Source: Candidatus Latescibacterota bacterium (lineage in GTDB: Bacteria; Latescibacterota; UBA2968; UBA8231). Taken from it: a stretch of DNA of 64,000 nucleotides. This document shows positions 1-9,829 of this stretch, piece after piece. The DNA lies in assembly GCA_965204725.1 (NCBI GenBank), contig OZ242005.1, forward strand, positions 576,001 through 640,000, written 5' to 3'. Every line of letters starts with the position of its first letter. Positions within the stretch are counted from its first letter, which is position 1. The notes under the pieces are model-generated. The model made no database searches and was not told where the DNA came from. It was given only the letters and a program-made list of their open reading frames with translations. Both the position numbers and the translations under genes were made by a program.

Positions 1-1
1 T

Positions 2-883
2 CTCGATTTGCACACCGGCGCGTTAGTGTGGCAGTACCAAGCCGACGGCGAGATCAAGTCCTCCCCCACCGTGGCCGACAGCACCGTGTACTTCGGCGAC
101 GAAGCCGGCACCTTCCACGCCATCGCCACCCAGAGCGGGCGGCGGCGCTGGACTTTCGCCGCCGACGCGGGCATCACCTCCTCGGCCAACTACGCCGACG
201 GCCGGCTCTACTTCGGCAGCTATGACCAGCATCTGTACTGCCTCAATGCCGCTGCCGGGACCCTAATTTGGAAAGTCGCCACCGAGGGATATATTCACGG
301 TACGCCAGCGCTGTACGAAGATCGCGTGGCTGTGGCTGGTTGCGACGGGTACTTGCGGCTTTTGGACCGCACCGACGGTACGCAGCACCAGCAGCTCGCG
401 CTCGGCGGGTACGTAGCCTCCAGCGCCGCCATCCACGCGGGCCGTGCGTACCTAGGCACCTTTGGCAACGAAGTACTAGGCGTTGATTTGGGCGCGGGAA
501 AAATCGGCTGGCGCTACGCTCATGCGGTGCGGAAATTCCCGTTTTACTCGTCGCCAGCCGTGGCCGATCAAGCACTCGTCATTGGCGGCCGGGACAAGCT
601 CCTGCATGCCCTCGACCCGCAAACCGGCCAACTCTTATGGACCGTTGCCGCGGGAGCGCGGGTGGATTCATCGCCGGTCATCGCCGGCGAGTACCTCTAC
701 GTAGGAGCCGATGCGCTCCTCGCCCTCGCCCTCGCCTCGGGCGAGGAGGTCTGGCGCTTTGAAACGGGCGCGGCCGTTGCCGCGTCGCCGGCCATTGCCG
801 CGGGTCGGCTCGTCATTGGTGCCACCGATGGGGTGCTGTATTGTTTCGGGCGCGAGCGCACCCAGTTGAAATTCTCAAAGTGA
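2..883 (+). CDS. PQQ-binding-like beta-propeller repeat protein (BamB-like), 5'-truncated by window edge
   Basis: Repeated blades SSP-x-V-x-D-x-x-VY-G-x-x-D-x-x-L-x-ALD-x-x-TG-x-x-x-W; frame is open to the window start. Confidence 0.85.
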   Translation, partial: LDLHTGALVWQYQADGEIKSSPTVADSTVYFGDEAGTFHAIATQSGRRRWTFAADAGITSSANYADGRLYFGSYDQHLYCLNAAAGTLIWKVATEGYIHGTPALYEDRVAVAGCDGYLRLLDRTDGTQHQQLALGGYVASSAAIHAGRAYLGTFGNEVLGVDLGAGKIGWRYAHAVRKFPFYSSPAVADQALVIGGRDKLLHALDPQTGQLLWTVAAGARVDSSPVIAGEYLYVGADALLALALASGEEVWRFETGAAVAASPAIAAGRLVIGATDGVLYCFGRERTQLKFSK

Positions 884-940
884 CCCACTACTGACCGATC
901 GTTAAGGTATATTACGTAAGTGATTGTTTTTAATAAATTT

Positions 941-2188
941 ATGAAGTGGGGGGGGGGATGCCCCCGCAAAATCTGCCGCGTCCTGTTTTGGGTCGGCGGA
1001 AACGTGTTATTGTTCGCCTTGACTTGGGCGTTTATCGCGGTGGTCGGCGAAGTCTGGTTGCGGTTGTTGCAGCGGCCTTTCCAGCATAAGAGTCGGCCCA
1101 CGCACTTTGTCCCGAAGGTGGGCTGGATGATCAAACCCAACGCGGAAGTGCGCGCGACGAACCGCCTTGATTACTGGACGGTCTCGCGCACCAATAGCGA
1201 TGGCTTTCTCGACCGCGAACCCATTCCCCCTGAGCGCGCCACGGCAAGCTGCCACATCGCCCTGATCGGCGATTCCTTCGTCGCCGCCGAGGAAGTGCCC
1301 ATCGCCGATAAATCGCACCTCCGGCTCGAAGCGCTCGCCGCCCGAGCACTGACCGAGCTAGACATTACCACCTCGGCGTTTGGGAAACGTGCCACCGGCC
1401 AGATCAACCAACTGCCGTTGTACGACGAGTTTGCCCGGCGGCGGCGTCCCAAGCTGGTGGTGCTCGTATTTGTACTCAACGACTTCATGGACAACTCCTC
1501 GGTCTTGAAGAGCCTGTGGCGTGGATGGGATCCAGACCGGATGCCGTGGGTGTCCGCCCGCCGAGACGCCGAGGGCCGCATAAAACTGCTCCCGCCTGCT
1601 CCCGACGGTTGGCGACAGCGGCCTCAGCCATATCTTGTGAAGCGCATGCTGATAACCGCGTCTTGGTATTCCTATTTCGCGAATTGGTTGGATGCCAAGC
1701 TCAAGGTCGCTAGGATCGGTCAGTATTCTTACGACTGGGTGGAAGAGTTGCGCCAGCGCCCCGGTCCGGTATATGAATCGTTGTTGGGCGGCTGGCAACC
1801 CAAGGCGGGACAGCGCATAGATTTGATATTCAACCACAAGGACCTGCCGCCGTTTTTCAAGGCGGCCTTGGACTTCACGGCCTTCGGCTTAGATCAATTC
1901 AAGCAACGCGCCGACCGCGACGGGGTGTCGTTGGTGATCCTATCCACCTACACGATGGGAACCCGCGGCAACCCTGCTTATGACCGCATGTACGCCTTGG
2001 CCTCAGCGCGGGGAATTCCCGTCATTGACCAGTACGACTACATCCTCAGCCAAGGTGCCGAGATCAAGGATGCACATTGGTCGCGCGACGCCCATTGGAA
2101 CGCCGCCGGTCACCAGTGGGCGGCCGAAGCCTTGCTCGAATACCTCAAGCGGAACCCAGCGGTCTGCCGAGCGTCCAAGCCGCGCTGA
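941..2188 (+). CDS. SGNH/GDSL hydrolase-family membrane-anchored protein (AlgX/AlgJ-like)
   Basis: N-terminal TM helix, GDSF block I, LND block III, DAHWN (DxH) block V; alternative GTG start at 920; AT-rich upstream region. Confidence 0.75.
   Translation: MKWGGGCPRKICRVLFWVGGNVLLFALTWAFIAVVGEVWLRLLQRPFQHKSRPTHFVPKVGWMIKPNAEVRATNRLDYWTVSRTNSDGFLDREPIPPERATASCHIALIGDSFVAAEEVPIADKSHLRLEALAARALTELDITTSAFGKRATGQINQLPLYDEFARRRRPKLVVLVFVLNDFMDNSSVLKSLWRGWDPDRMPWVSARRDAEGRIKLLPPAPDGWRQRPQPYLVKRMLITASWYSYFANWLDAKLKVARIGQYSYDWVEELRQRPGPVYESLLGGWQPKAGQRIDLIFNHKDLPPFFKAALDFTAFGLDQFKQRADRDGVSLVILSTYTMGTRGNPAYDRMYALASARGIPVIDQYDYILSQGAEIKDAHWSRDAHWNAAGHQWAAEALLEYLKRNPAVCRASKPR
948..957 (+). repeat. G10 homopolymer tract in codons 3-6 of the SGNH gene
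   Basis: atgaagtGGGGGGGGGGatgc read directly. Confidence 0.9.
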
Positions 2189-2247
2189 TTGCAACGCAAA
2201 GAAAACGGCCTCTTTCCCAGCGGCGAGATTATCGCTACAATTTTCTT

Positions 2248-3579
2248 ATGAATAAAAACGACCCGGCAACCACGCGCACCAACCGCCCCGAAACCGAGGT
2301 AGGCAGTGTTTTTGTCTCCAACTATCCGGCCTACTCGTTTTGGGGCGAAGCGGATGTCCCGCAGGCGCACCGCGCCCTCGCCGACCCACCGCGCCCCGAC
2401 ACCCAGCTCGGCCTTTACCTCCACATCCCCTTCTGCCGCAAGCGCTGCAAGTTTTGCTACTTCCGCGTTTATACCGACAAAAACAGCGAGCAGATCCAAA
2501 CCTATCTCGACGCCCTCGCCCGCGAGGTCGAACACTACGCCCAGCAGCCAGCAATCAAGGACCGGCCCCTGCACTTTATCTACTTTGGCGGCGGCACCCC
2601 CTCCTACATCAGCTCGCGCCACCTGCGCTCCTTAGTCCAGCGTCTCAAGGACGCCATGCCTTGGGACCGCGCCGACGAAATCGCCTTTGAATGCGAGCCG
2701 GGGACTCTAACCCAAGCCAAATTGGAAGCCATCCGCAGCATCGGCGTCACCCGCCTCAGCTTAGGGATAGAAAACCTCGACGACGCGATTCTACGCCACA
2801 ACGGCCGCGCCCACGTCAGCAAGGAAATTTACCAAGTCATGCCTTGGATCCACGCGCTCGGCTTCGATCAGGTCAATGTCGATCTAATCGCCGGCATGGT
2901 CGGCGAGGCTTGGCCGAGCTGGCGTCAGACCGTGCAACAGACCATCGCGCTCAACCCCGACAGCGTCACCGTCTATCAGATGGAGTTGCCCTACAACACG
3001 CTCTACTCCAAGGGCCTGCTCGCGGGCGACGGCGAGCCGCTGGCCTTGGCCAACTGGAAGACCAAGCGCGCCTATCACGCCTATGCCTTCGAGCAATTAG
3101 CCGCCGCTGGCTACGTGCGTTCAAGTGCCTACACCATGAAGAAAACGCCCGACGCCCGCTTTGCGTACCGCGACGCGGTGTGGACCGGCCAAGACCTAAT
3201 CGGCACGGGCGTTGCCTCCTTCTCGCATCTGAGCGGAGTTCACTATCAGAACGCGCCACACTGGGACTCCTACCTCGCCGCTGTCCACCGCGGCGACCTC
3301 CCCATTCACCGCGCCTTCGCCACCGACCGCGAAGAGCAACTGACCCGCGAGGTGATTTTGCAACTCAAATTGGGCGCGCTGGACCCCGCGTATTTTCGCG
3401 CCAAATTCGGGGTCGATATTGCCGTTCACTTTGCTGCGGCACTCAGCGGCCTGCGCGACGAGGGCCTGCTCCATTTCGATGCGACCTCAATCGCCTTGAC
3501 CGACGAGGGCCTCATGCGCGTCGATCAGTTGCTGCCCGACTTGTACCAACCCAAATACCGCAACGCACGCTATACCTGA
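2248..3579 (+). CDS. HemN/HemW-like (coproporphyrinogen III oxidase family) radical SAM protein
   Basis: LYLHIPFCRKRCKFC (CxxxCxxC), YFGGGTPS, RLSLG, NVDLIAG; ATG at 2248 preferred over the ORF-track start, which overlaps the upstream gene. Confidence 0.85.
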   Translation: MNKNDPATTRTNRPETEVGSVFVSNYPAYSFWGEADVPQAHRALADPPRPDTQLGLYLHIPFCRKRCKFCYFRVYTDKNSEQIQTYLDALAREVEHYAQQPAIKDRPLHFIYFGGGTPSYISSRHLRSLVQRLKDAMPWDRADEIAFECEPGTLTQAKLEAIRSIGVTRLSLGIENLDDAILRHNGRAHVSKEIYQVMPWIHALGFDQVNVDLIAGMVGEAWPSWRQTVQQTIALNPDSVTVYQMELPYNTLYSKGLLAGDGEPLALANWKTKRAYHAYAFEQLAAAGYVRSSAYTMKKTPDARFAYRDAVWTGQDLIGTGVASFSHLSGVHYQNAPHWDSYLAAVHRGDLPIHRAFATDREEQLTREVILQLKLGALDPAYFRAKFGVDIAVHFAAALSGLRDEGLLHFDATSIALTDEGLMRVDQLLPDLYQPKYRNARYT

Positions 3580-3597
3580 ACCTAATAGGAGGTAGCA

Positions 3598-4833
3598 GTG
3601 AAAAACGCGATCGCACTTCTGCTCTTAACCGCGGCGGCCCAAGCGGCCGACTGGCCCCAATGGCGCGGCCCTGAGCGCGACGGCATTTCCCGCGAAACCG
3701 GCCTTTTCACCGCCGAGCAACCTTTTGCCGAAGCATGGCGCACCCCCCTCGGCCGGGGCTTTTCTGGCATCGCCATTGCCGACGACCGGGTCTTTACCAT
3801 GTTCGCCCAAGGGGACGACGAGTTCGCCGTTTGCCTCGACGCCCACACCGGCGAGGAGCGCTGGCGCTTCCGCACCGGCCCGTACTACACAGAAACCCAA
3901 GGCGGCGACGGCCCGCGCTCAACGCCCACGGTCGATGGCGAGCTCGTCTATGTGCTCGGCGCGCACGGCCAGCTCTACGCCCTATCGGCCGACAGCGGCG
4001 CCAAGATGTGGGAAAAGGACTTGGTCGCCGAGTTTGACAGCAAAGTACCGCGGTGGGGGTTTAGTACTTCCCCCTTAGTCGAGGGGAATTTGCTCCTGGT
4101 CGAAGCCGGCGGCGTCAACAGCAACTTCCTCGTCGAAATGGTCGTCGACCGCCGGGCGTCAGCCACGGTCATCGCCTTCGACAAGGCCAGCGGCCAAACC
4201 GCTTGGACCGCCCTCGACGACAAGATGAGCTACTCGTCGCCCATCGCCTTTACCGCGGGCGAGCAGCGTCAACTTGCCTTTTTTACCGCGTACTCCCTGA
4301 CCGGCTTGGCCCCGGCCGACGGTCAGACCCTCTGGACGTATCCTTGGAAGACGCGCTACGACATCAACGCCGCCACTCCGATCTTCATCCCGCCCAATCG
4401 CGTCTTTATCTCCTCGGGCTATGACAAGGGCGCCGCGGTCGTGCAAATCGGCCCGGGCGAGGAGGTCGAGGAAATCTGGCGCAACAAAGCGATGAAGAAC
4501 CAATTTACCACCTCGGTGTACTACCAAGACCATCTCTACGGCTTTGACGACGCAATCCTCAAGTGCATTGACGCCCGCACCGGCGCGGAACAGTGGATGG
4601 CCCGCGGCTTCGGCAAAGGCTCCCTAATCGCCGCCGATGGCCACCTCATCCTGTTGGGCGAACAAGGCAATCTCGGCCTAGCCGAAGCCACGCCGACCGG
4701 CTTCCACGCCAAGGCCAGCTATCCCGCCTTGTACGGCCGCTGCTGGACAGCCCCTTCGCTGGCCGATGGCCGCCTCTACCTACGCGACGAAAGCGAAATA
4801 ATCTGCCTCAATATCCAAGGGGCGGCCCCATGA
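3598..4833 (+). CDS. Secreted PQQ-binding-like beta-propeller protein
   Basis: Signal peptide then DWPQWRGP; GPRSTPTV, SYSSP, WTAPSLADGRLYLRD; AGGAGG RBS. Confidence 0.85.
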   Translation: MKNAIALLLLTAAAQAADWPQWRGPERDGISRETGLFTAEQPFAEAWRTPLGRGFSGIAIADDRVFTMFAQGDDEFAVCLDAHTGEERWRFRTGPYYTETQGGDGPRSTPTVDGELVYVLGAHGQLYALSADSGAKMWEKDLVAEFDSKVPRWGFSTSPLVEGNLLLVEAGGVNSNFLVEMVVDRRASATVIAFDKASGQTAWTALDDKMSYSSPIAFTAGEQRQLAFFTAYSLTGLAPADGQTLWTYPWKTRYDINAATPIFIPPNRVFISSGYDKGAAVVQIGPGEEVEEIWRNKAMKNQFTTSVYYQDHLYGFDDAILKCIDARTGAEQWMARGFGKGSLIAADGHLILLGEQGNLGLAEATPTGFHAKASYPALYGRCWTAPSLADGRLYLRDESEIICLNIQGAAP

Positions 4834-7034
4834 GGAAGATCCGCGATGCGCTAGGCCGCCAAGGATCGAGGGCATCTTGCCCTCGTCGAAGACGAGACGC
4901 CCTCGATCCCGGCCACAAAGTAAGCGGCGCACCTTTCGCGCTGTGGCTCTTTGCGCTGGTGCTGACGACAACGCTCGCCCACGCCCAGCGCACAGCCGAC
5001 TCGCTCCACGTCGTCGGCGAGACCATCGTCACGGGCGCGCGCCTAGCCATCCCCCGCGCCAATGCCATCGCCACCAAGACGCCGCTGCCCCTGCGGAAAA
5101 CCCCCTTGAGCGTCGGAATCGTCCCCCAAGCCCTGATCGAAGCGCAGGACGGCGCGACGCTCTCGGACGCACTGGCCAATGTCAGCGGCGTCGGCGTCCA
5201 CACCAACTTTGGCGTCCACGACCTGTTCTACCTGCGCGGCTTTGACTCGCTCGCCAACGGCTTGGTGCTCTCCGACGGAGCACCCGAACCCGAGGCGACC
5301 TTCTATCAGCTCTACAACGTGGCCCGCGTCGAGGCCCTCAAAGGCCCGGGGGCCTTCCTCTACGGCGGCAATCCCCTGTCGGGCACCATCAACCTCGTCC
5401 GCAAGCGGCCGGTCCCGGCCAGCCACTTCGCCCGCGTCAACGCCTCGGTCGGGAGCTTCGCCACCTACCGCGCCACGCTCGACGCGGGCCGTGACGCTGT
5501 GCGCGTCAACGCCCTGTGGCAGGACTCGGAAGGCTACCGCGACGGCAAAACCAGTTCGATTCTCGCCGTAAACCCGACGCTGCGGCTGGACCTCAGCGAG
5601 CACTCGACGCTGCACCTCGACTACGAATACCTGACGAGCGAACACCGCTCCGACTCGGGGCTGCCCATCGTCAATGGCGCGCTGCCCAACGTGCCGCGCA
5701 CCCGCTCGTACCAGTCGCCCTTCGACCTCTCCACCCAGACCATCCAGCGCGTACGCGCCGATTACGAATGGCGTCTAACGCCCAATTTTACCTTGCGCGA
5801 CAAACTCTACTACACCCGCCTCGACTGGCCCTCGCAGGGCACCCTCTTCAACGGGGCCTTCCCCAATGCCGCCGGTTCGCTCGACCTCGCCCGCAGCTTG
5901 CTCGACCTCGACGATCAGCAGCGGATTGTCGGCAACCAACTCGAGGGCCTGCTCGCATTGCAAACCGGCGGCATTGAGCACCAGCTCCTCCTCGGCGTTG
6001 AGATCGCCCACCACGCGGACGACTTCACGCTCGACGTGGCGGTGCTTTCGCTGGTCGATCTGTCCACCCTCAACGCGACGTTGCCGCCGAACTTGGCCCC
6101 CTTTATGCCGGCCGAAGCCGGAACCGATTCCCTCCGGGTCCCCCTCCCCGACCAAGCGACGGCCGGCGAGACGGCGGCGCAAGTGCTGGCGTCCTACTTT
6201 GTCGATCGCATCATCGTCAGCCCGCAGTTCGAGCTTTTGCTCGGGGGCCGCTTCGACCGGATTGACTACGAAGATGTTCTCACCGCGACCGAGCGCGAGT
6301 ACCGACAGGTAAGCCCCATGCTCGGCGCGGTCTTTGCCCCCAGCCCGAGCCTTTCGCTCTACGCCAATGCGGGCCGCGCCTTTGCCCCGCCTTCCGCGCA
6401 AGTCGTCGGCGACCGCGACCCGGAGGAAAGCACGCAATACGAAGTCGGCGTCAAAGCCGCGCTGCTCAACGACCACCTCAACGTGAACCTCGCCGCCTTT
6501 CACCTCGACAAAGAGCGCATCGCCATTCCCGACGACAACGGGATTACCCAGCAACTCGGCGACCAACGCACTCGGGGCTTGGAACTCGAACTGGCAACTC
6601 GGCAGTCCCAGTGGTACGCCCAAGGCACCTATGCCTTGCTCAACGCCGAGCTGACGCACTTCCGCGAAGCCGTATTCGTCCCCACCGCCGCCGGCTTCGT
6701 TCCCCAGATATTCGACCGCACGGGCAACGTGCCGGCCTTCGCCCCCGAGCATCTTTTGACGCTGTGGGCGGCCCGCGACTTGGGTGAAAATCTCACTGTG
6801 GCGGCTGGCATCCGCTACGTCGATAGCCAGTTCGTGGCCGAGGACAATGTCTATGAAATCGACGGCGCGCTGACGCTCAACTGTGGGCTGACCTACCGGC
6901 GGGGGCCGGGGCTTTTGCGGCTAAACCTCAAGAATGCGACCGGCCGCGAATACGAGACCCGGGGCTTCGGCAGCACCTCGGTCATCCCGGCGGCCCCATT
7001 CTCCTTCAAAGCAACCCTAGGATATTCGCTATGA
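4830..7034 (+). CDS. TonB-dependent (siderophore-type) receptor
   Basis: ETIVTG TonB-box-like segment, ATKTPLPLRKTPLSV, LRGF, RVEALKGPGAFLYGGNPLSGTINLVRK plug motif, C-terminal strand ATLGYSL; ATGA overlap with the upstream stop. Confidence 0.9.
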   Translation: MRKIRDALGRQGSRASCPRRRRDALDPGHKVSGAPFALWLFALVLTTTLAHAQRTADSLHVVGETIVTGARLAIPRANAIATKTPLPLRKTPLSVGIVPQALIEAQDGATLSDALANVSGVGVHTNFGVHDLFYLRGFDSLANGLVLSDGAPEPEATFYQLYNVARVEALKGPGAFLYGGNPLSGTINLVRKRPVPASHFARVNASVGSFATYRATLDAGRDAVRVNALWQDSEGYRDGKTSSILAVNPTLRLDLSEHSTLHLDYEYLTSEHRSDSGLPIVNGALPNVPRTRSYQSPFDLSTQTIQRVRADYEWRLTPNFTLRDKLYYTRLDWPSQGTLFNGAFPNAAGSLDLARSLLDLDDQQRIVGNQLEGLLALQTGGIEHQLLLGVEIAHHADDFTLDVAVLSLVDLSTLNATLPPNLAPFMPAEAGTDSLRVPLPDQATAGETAAQVLASYFVDRIIVSPQFELLLGGRFDRIDYEDVLTATEREYRQVSPMLGAVFAPSPSLSLYANAGRAFAPPSAQVVGDRDPEESTQYEVGVKAALLNDHLNVNLAAFHLDKERIAIPDDNGITQQLGDQRTRGLELELATRQSQWYAQGTYALLNAELTHFREAVFVPTAAGFVPQIFDRTGNVPAFAPEHLLTLWAARDLGENLTVAAGIRYVDSQFVAEDNVYEIDGALTLNCGLTYRRGPGLLRLNLKNATGREYETRGFGSTSVIPAAPFSFKATLGYSL
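4863..4909. repeat. REP-like palindrome inside the receptor N-terminus
   Basis: GGATCGAGGGC...GCCCTCGATCC 11-bp inverted repeat; internal hairpin CGAGGGCA-tct-TGCCCTCG. Confidence 0.7.
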
Positions 7035-8314
7035 GTGCCTGCGATCGCCTCAAACGCCCCGAGCTGACCGCGTATCAACTCAAGCGCCTGCATGCCCTGC
7101 TCCGGTCTGTGCTGGCGACCAACCCCCTGTACCGCGGCAAGCTCAACGAGGCCGGGATCGCGTACGCCGAGGATATCGCCTCCCTCAACGACTTGGCCCG
7201 CATCCCCGTTACCAGACGCGCCGAGCTTTCCGCCGACCAAATCGCGCATCCCCCTTATGGGACCAACCTCACCTATCCGCTCGAATGCTACACCCGCATC
7301 CACCAAACCTCCGGCACCACCGGCCAGCGCCTGCGCTGGCTCGACACCGCGGAAAGCTGGGAATGGTGGAGCCGCTGCTGGTTGGAGGTCTATCGCGCGG
7401 CCGGCGTCGGCCCTCGCGACCGCATCTTTTTCGCCTTCTCCTTTGGCCCTTTCATCGGCTTTTGGAGCGGGCACCAAAGCGCCAGCCGCACCGGCGCCCT
7501 AATCGTTCCCGGCGGCGGCATGTCTTCGGAGCAGCGCCTAGAGGCCATCATTGAAAACGAGGTCACCGTCCTCGTCTGCACGCCCACCTATGCCCTGCAC
7601 TTGGGAGAAGTCGCCCGCGCTCGCGGCCTCGACCTCGCCGCGAGCAGCGTCCACACCACCATCCACGCCGGCGAGCCGGGCGCGAGTGTGCCGGCGACCC
7701 GCGCCCAAATCGAGCGCACTTGGAACGCCCGCTGCTTCGACCACGCCGGGGCCACCGAAGTTGGCGCTTGGGGTTTCCAATGCGACAAACAGAAGGGCTT
7801 GCATATCAACGAGGGCGAGTTCATCTGCGAGGTCATTGACCCGCAAACCGGCGAACAGGCCAGCAAGGGCGAGCTGGTCATCACCAATCTCGGCCGCGTG
7901 GGGATGCCGGTCCTCCGCTACCGCACCGGCGACCTCATCGATCCCGAGTCCCCGTACGCGACCTGCGTCTGTGGACGCACCTTCCGGCAGATCCGCCGCG
8001 GCGTCATCGGCCGCATCGACGACGCCTTGCTCATTCGCGGCGTACTCATCTATCCCAGCGGCATCGAAAACATCGTGCGCCAGTTTCCCGCGGTCACCGA
8101 GTTCGCCGTGGATGTCCACCGGCGCAGCGCGCTTGATGAGTTGGAGGTGCGCCTAGAGGTCAGCGACCAAGCCGACGACACCGCCGAGCAAGTAGCACGC
8201 GCCCTCGCCCACCGGTTCGGGTTGCGCGCCGACGTCCAAATCGTCGCGCCGAACACGCTGCCGCGCTTTGAATTCAAGGCCCAGCGCTTCACCGATCACC
8301 GGACCCAGTCGTGA
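7031..8314 (+). CDS. Phenylacetate-CoA ligase-like adenylate-forming enzyme (PaaK family)
   Basis: HQTSGTTG P-loop, CTPTYALHL, AGEPG, GATEVG, LRYRTGD, GRIDD, LPRFEFKAQRFTD. Confidence 0.85.
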   Translation: MSACDRLKRPELTAYQLKRLHALLRSVLATNPLYRGKLNEAGIAYAEDIASLNDLARIPVTRRAELSADQIAHPPYGTNLTYPLECYTRIHQTSGTTGQRLRWLDTAESWEWWSRCWLEVYRAAGVGPRDRIFFAFSFGPFIGFWSGHQSASRTGALIVPGGGMSSEQRLEAIIENEVTVLVCTPTYALHLGEVARARGLDLAASSVHTTIHAGEPGASVPATRAQIERTWNARCFDHAGATEVGAWGFQCDKQKGLHINEGEFICEVIDPQTGEQASKGELVITNLGRVGMPVLRYRTGDLIDPESPYATCVCGRTFRQIRRGVIGRIDDALLIRGVLIYPSGIENIVRQFPAVTEFAVDVHRRSALDELEVRLEVSDQADDTAEQVARALAHRFGLRADVQIVAPNTLPRFEFKAQRFTDHRTQS

Positions 8315-9546
8315 GCGACGTCATCGTCATCGGCGGCGGCCCGGCCGGCAGCACAGTCGCCGCCCTCGTCGCCGAGACCGGCCGCTCTGTCCGGCTCTTC
8401 GAGCGGGAGCAATTCCCCCGCTTCGCGATCGGCGAGTCCCTAATGCCTGAGACCTACTGGACCTTCAACCGCCTCGGGGTGCTCGACCAGCTCAAAGACA
8501 GCACCTTCCCCCGCAAGCACAGCGTACAGTTTTTCGGCCCGTCGGGTCGCGGCTCCGCGCCCTTTTACTTTGCGGATACCAACCCCCACGAAAGCGCGGT
8601 GACTTGGCAGGTCTTGCGCGGCCCATTCGACGAGATGCTCCTCGACAATGCCCGCGCAAAAGGCGCGCACGTGCATCAGGGGGCCCGGGTCCTCAACGTG
8701 CTGTTGGAGGGGGAACGCGCCACCGGCGTACGCGCCAAGCTGGCCGATGGTCAAACCCGCGATTTTGCCGCGCAAGTCGTAGTCGATGCCACCGGCCAGA
8801 GCGCGCTGATTGGCCGCAAGCTCAAGCTGACCCAGCCCGAGCCCGAGCTGAAGAAGGCTTCAATTTACACCCACTATCGCGGCGGCCAGCGCGACGAAGG
8901 CATTGACGCCGGCGCGACCTTGATTCTCCACACCGCCAACCGGGACTCTTGGTTTTGGTACATTCCCCTGTCCGACGATGTGGTCAGCGTCGGCGTCGTC
9001 GGCGCGATCTCCTATTTGGTCCAAGGCCGCCGCGCCGCCGCGCAAACCATCTTCAACCAAGAGTTGGCCCAATGCCGCCCCCTGCAAGAGCGCCTGCAAC
9101 GCGCCGAGCCACTCTTTCCGGTCAAGACCACCAAGGACTTTTCCTATCGCGCCCGTCGCATGGCCGGCGAGGGCTGGGTGCTGGTCGGCGACGCATTTTG
9201 TTTTCTCGACCCGATGTACTCCTCGGGCGTGTACCTAGCCCTCAAATCCGGCGAGATGGCCGCCGACGCCATTGCCGGGGCCTTTGCCAAAGGCGACTTT
9301 TCGGCCGCGCAGTTGGGCGGTTTTGGGCCAGCGCTGGTGCGCGGCATGGAGGCGGTGCGCAAAATGGTGTACGCCTTCTACGCCAAGGACTTTAGCTTTG
9401 CCGAATTCCTCAAACGCCATCCCGAATGCAAACAGGGGGTCATTGACGTACTCAGCGGCAACCTCTTCAGCGAGCGCGTCGATCCCATTTTCGGGCCGAT
9501 GAGCGCGGTGTGCCCAATGCCCGCCGCCATTGCCTTGACGCGGTGA
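8311..9546 (+). CDS. FAD-dependent oxidoreductase, flavin-dependent halogenase-like
   Basis: GGGPAG, FPRFAIGESL, WFWYIPL (WxWxIP), GDAFCFLDPMYSSGV. Confidence 0.8.
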   Translation: MSDVIVIGGGPAGSTVAALVAETGRSVRLFEREQFPRFAIGESLMPETYWTFNRLGVLDQLKDSTFPRKHSVQFFGPSGRGSAPFYFADTNPHESAVTWQVLRGPFDEMLLDNARAKGAHVHQGARVLNVLLEGERATGVRAKLADGQTRDFAAQVVVDATGQSALIGRKLKLTQPEPELKKASIYTHYRGGQRDEGIDAGATLILHTANRDSWFWYIPLSDDVVSVGVVGAISYLVQGRRAAAQTIFNQELAQCRPLQERLQRAEPLFPVKTTKDFSYRARRMAGEGWVLVGDAFCFLDPMYSSGVYLALKSGEMAADAIAGAFAKGDFSAAQLGGFGPALVRGMEAVRKMVYAFYAKDFSFAEFLKRHPECKQGVIDVLSGNLFSERVDPIFGPMSAVCPMPAAIALTR

Positions 9547-9601
9547 CGCCTCTTTGCCTTTGTAAGGGCGATTCGCCAACCCCCTCTCGCTGGAGTACAA
9601 C

Positions 9602-9829
9602 ATGAACGCCACCGTCCGTCGGCTCCTCTACTTGGGGCTTTTGGTCCTCTACCTCCTGCACAACGACCTCTGGCTCTGGGACGATCCGCGCATCGTCTTG
9701 GGGCTGCCCATTGGGTTGCTCTACCACATCGGCTTCTGCGCGGCTGCGACCGGGCTGATGGTCTTGCTGGTCAACTACGCTTGGCCGGCCGAACTCGACG
9801 CGGAAGACGAGGAGCAGCAATCGGCATGA
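9602..9829 (+). CDS. DUF3311-like small membrane protein (SSS symporter partner)
   Basis: Two TM segments, LHNDLWLW...LGLP; overlaps the start of the SSS gene. Confidence 0.7.
   Translation: MNATVRRLLYLGLLVLYLLHNDLWLWDDPRIVLGLPIGLLYHIGFCAAATGLMVLLVNYAWPAELDAEDEEQQSA

Noticed and set aside
2248-3579. Assigning the symbol hemN or hemW
   Set aside because: Family membership is clear, but the cluster context does not indicate heme synthesis; specific function unknown.
9561-9585. GTAAGGGCGATTCGCC, resembling half of a GTAG-type REP
   Set aside because: No complete palindrome and no second copy in the window.
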